Of a stretch of 64,000 bases of DNA, positions 62,863 to 64,000 are shown piece by piece. The notes beneath the pieces are model-generated. The model did not search any database and had not been told where the DNA came from. It saw nothing but the letters and a program-made list of their open reading frames with translations. The stretch is from Vitrella brassicaformis CCMP3155 (Eukaryota; Protista; Chromerida): contig CDMY01000463.1 of NCBI GenBank assembly GCA_001179505.1, positions 1 to 64,000 on the forward strand, in the 5' to 3' direction. A program made the translations under genes and the position numbers. Each line of letters begins with the position of its first letter. Within the stretch, counting starts at the first letter, position 1.

Positions 62863-64000
62863 ATGACCAAGGCCGGCAAAGGTACGTGCCTCCGAAGACC
62901 TGACACGCGCAAACACTCGCCCACTGCCTGTCAACGCATGGCGCATTGTCGTGTGGTGTGTGTGCAGGTGAGTCTGGCAAGCTGGGTCCCTCCGGAGTTC
63001 CCCCTGCGCAGTGCCCCCCTCCCCCCCACTCCCCCGGCCCCGTCCCCAGACTCATTTTCGGCACTTGCTGCACTTGCGAGGTCAGTCAGTCAGTCAGTCA
63101 GGAGACCACCGATGAAGAGATGCACAGATGGTAAATGGTGCTTGTTTGTTTGTTTGTTTGTTCGTGTCAGGACCAGCAAGAGAGGGACAGTCAGCTGATT
63201 GTGGGCAAGGTGAGCGGGACCAATGTCTGTGTGTATGATGTTGTGTGTGATCCCGTGTGTGTGTTGCGTTTTAGGACATGAGCGACCCCTCCAACCTCCC
63301 CCTCTACACACACCTACCCATGCAGGAGTCACGGGCAAGGTGCGTCTGCGTGTATAACGGGTGGATGGATGGATGATATCAGCTCGCGCAGACAGACAGA
63401 CAATGCCCACCCCACACGAAGCTCACTATCTCCGTGTGCCTTGTGTGTCGTGGTGCGTGGTGTGCAGGTATACTGACCAGCATCCAGGTGCGTCCTCCTC
63501 GTCACACAGCACACGAGTCTGTCGGGATGAACAATGTCCACCTGTGGTTGATGTGGTTGATTTGTCTGTCCCTGACATCCCTCTGTCAGCGTCTCTGCTG
63601 GACCCGGCCAAGCTGAGAGCGGCGGTGGGGCAGGTGGCCAACATGCCGGGTGAGAGTGAGCGGCAAGGCGGGGGACGGCAAGGGAGCACTTCCGCGTCCA
63701 TGAGATAAGATTTGCCTGTCGTGTGCGTGATTCCTGTCTTCCCTGCAGGTCCTACGTTGGTTTTCAAGAACACCCACCTACCCACCTCCAGGGATTCGCA
63801 AACACACATGTGCGTCAAGTCCGCCACGACACGCAATGCAATACACCGCACACAATACAATACAATACACGGCATGTACCCATCCATGCCCACCTCGTCC
63901 ATCACATCTGTTTGAACGAACAGGGTGTCGAAGAGCACGTCGTCTCGTGCGTCGACCGAGACTCAGCTGGCCTCACCGTCGAGCTACCGCGAGTCGTCGC
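62863..64000 (+). CDS. Partial multi-exon gene running off the window end, product unknown
   Basis: Six consecutive GT-AG introns join in consistent phase: MTKAGK|GESGK..CCTCE|DQQERDSQLIVGK|DMSDP..RAR|YTDQHP|ASLLDP..NMP|GPTLVFK. The true start may be upstream. Confidence 0.55.

Larger units (their letters stand above)
1..64000. repeat. Pervasive intronic microsatellites (CA/TG, GACA/TGTC, GGAT/ATCC, GTCA/TGAC, GTGCG)
   Basis: Nearly every intron carries such runs, for example 1980-2010, 4825-4857, 6474-6505 and 32390-32450. Confidence 0.95.

Noticed and set aside
1-64000. CRISPR arrays, tRNA, rRNA or spliced-leader genes
   Set aside because: No regularly spaced repeat-spacer units, cloverleaf folds or rRNA-like conserved blocks seen by eye. 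All tandem repeats are simple microsatellites. tRNAscan-SE and Infernal would be the definitive test.

Overview
This is an intron-rich eukaryotic nuclear window. The GT-AG introns are packed with (CA)n, (GACA)n, (GGAT)n and (GTCA)n microsatellites, a style consistent with the chromerid alga Vitrella brassicaformis; that assignment is inference, not a database result. By manual splicing I reconstruct about 20 genes: a PTRHD1/PTH2-type peptidyl-tRNA hydrolase with a bipartite plastid-like leader, a divergent SMC2-like ATPase, two paralogs of an F-box-like/LRR-like family, a phytol-kinase-like CTP-dependent kinase, a DEAD-box helicase, PIG-M, NPL4, a 2OG-Fe(II) dioxygenase, dolichol kinase, an NYN-domain protein, a signal-peptide phospholipase D with lesions at both HKD motifs, an SCFD2-like Sec1/Munc18 protein, an F-box protein and several orphan or secreted proteins. 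There is also a decayed Ty1/copia integrase fragment, several pseudogene relics (including a Ubl plus USP-like one) and a 300-N assembly gap. No rRNA, tRNA or CRISPR array is supported. The most striking unexplained signals are: (i) an identical 28-bp element in two divergent intergenic regions, each next to a CTP-dependent polyprenol kinase gene; (ii) a 6-nt micro-exon carrying the iron-binding Asp of the 2OG oxygenase; (iii) an SMC2-like protein with an altered D-loop; (iv) an apparent GA-AG intron splitting the PLD HKD2 motif. All gene models are hand-spliced and unverified by RNA data.
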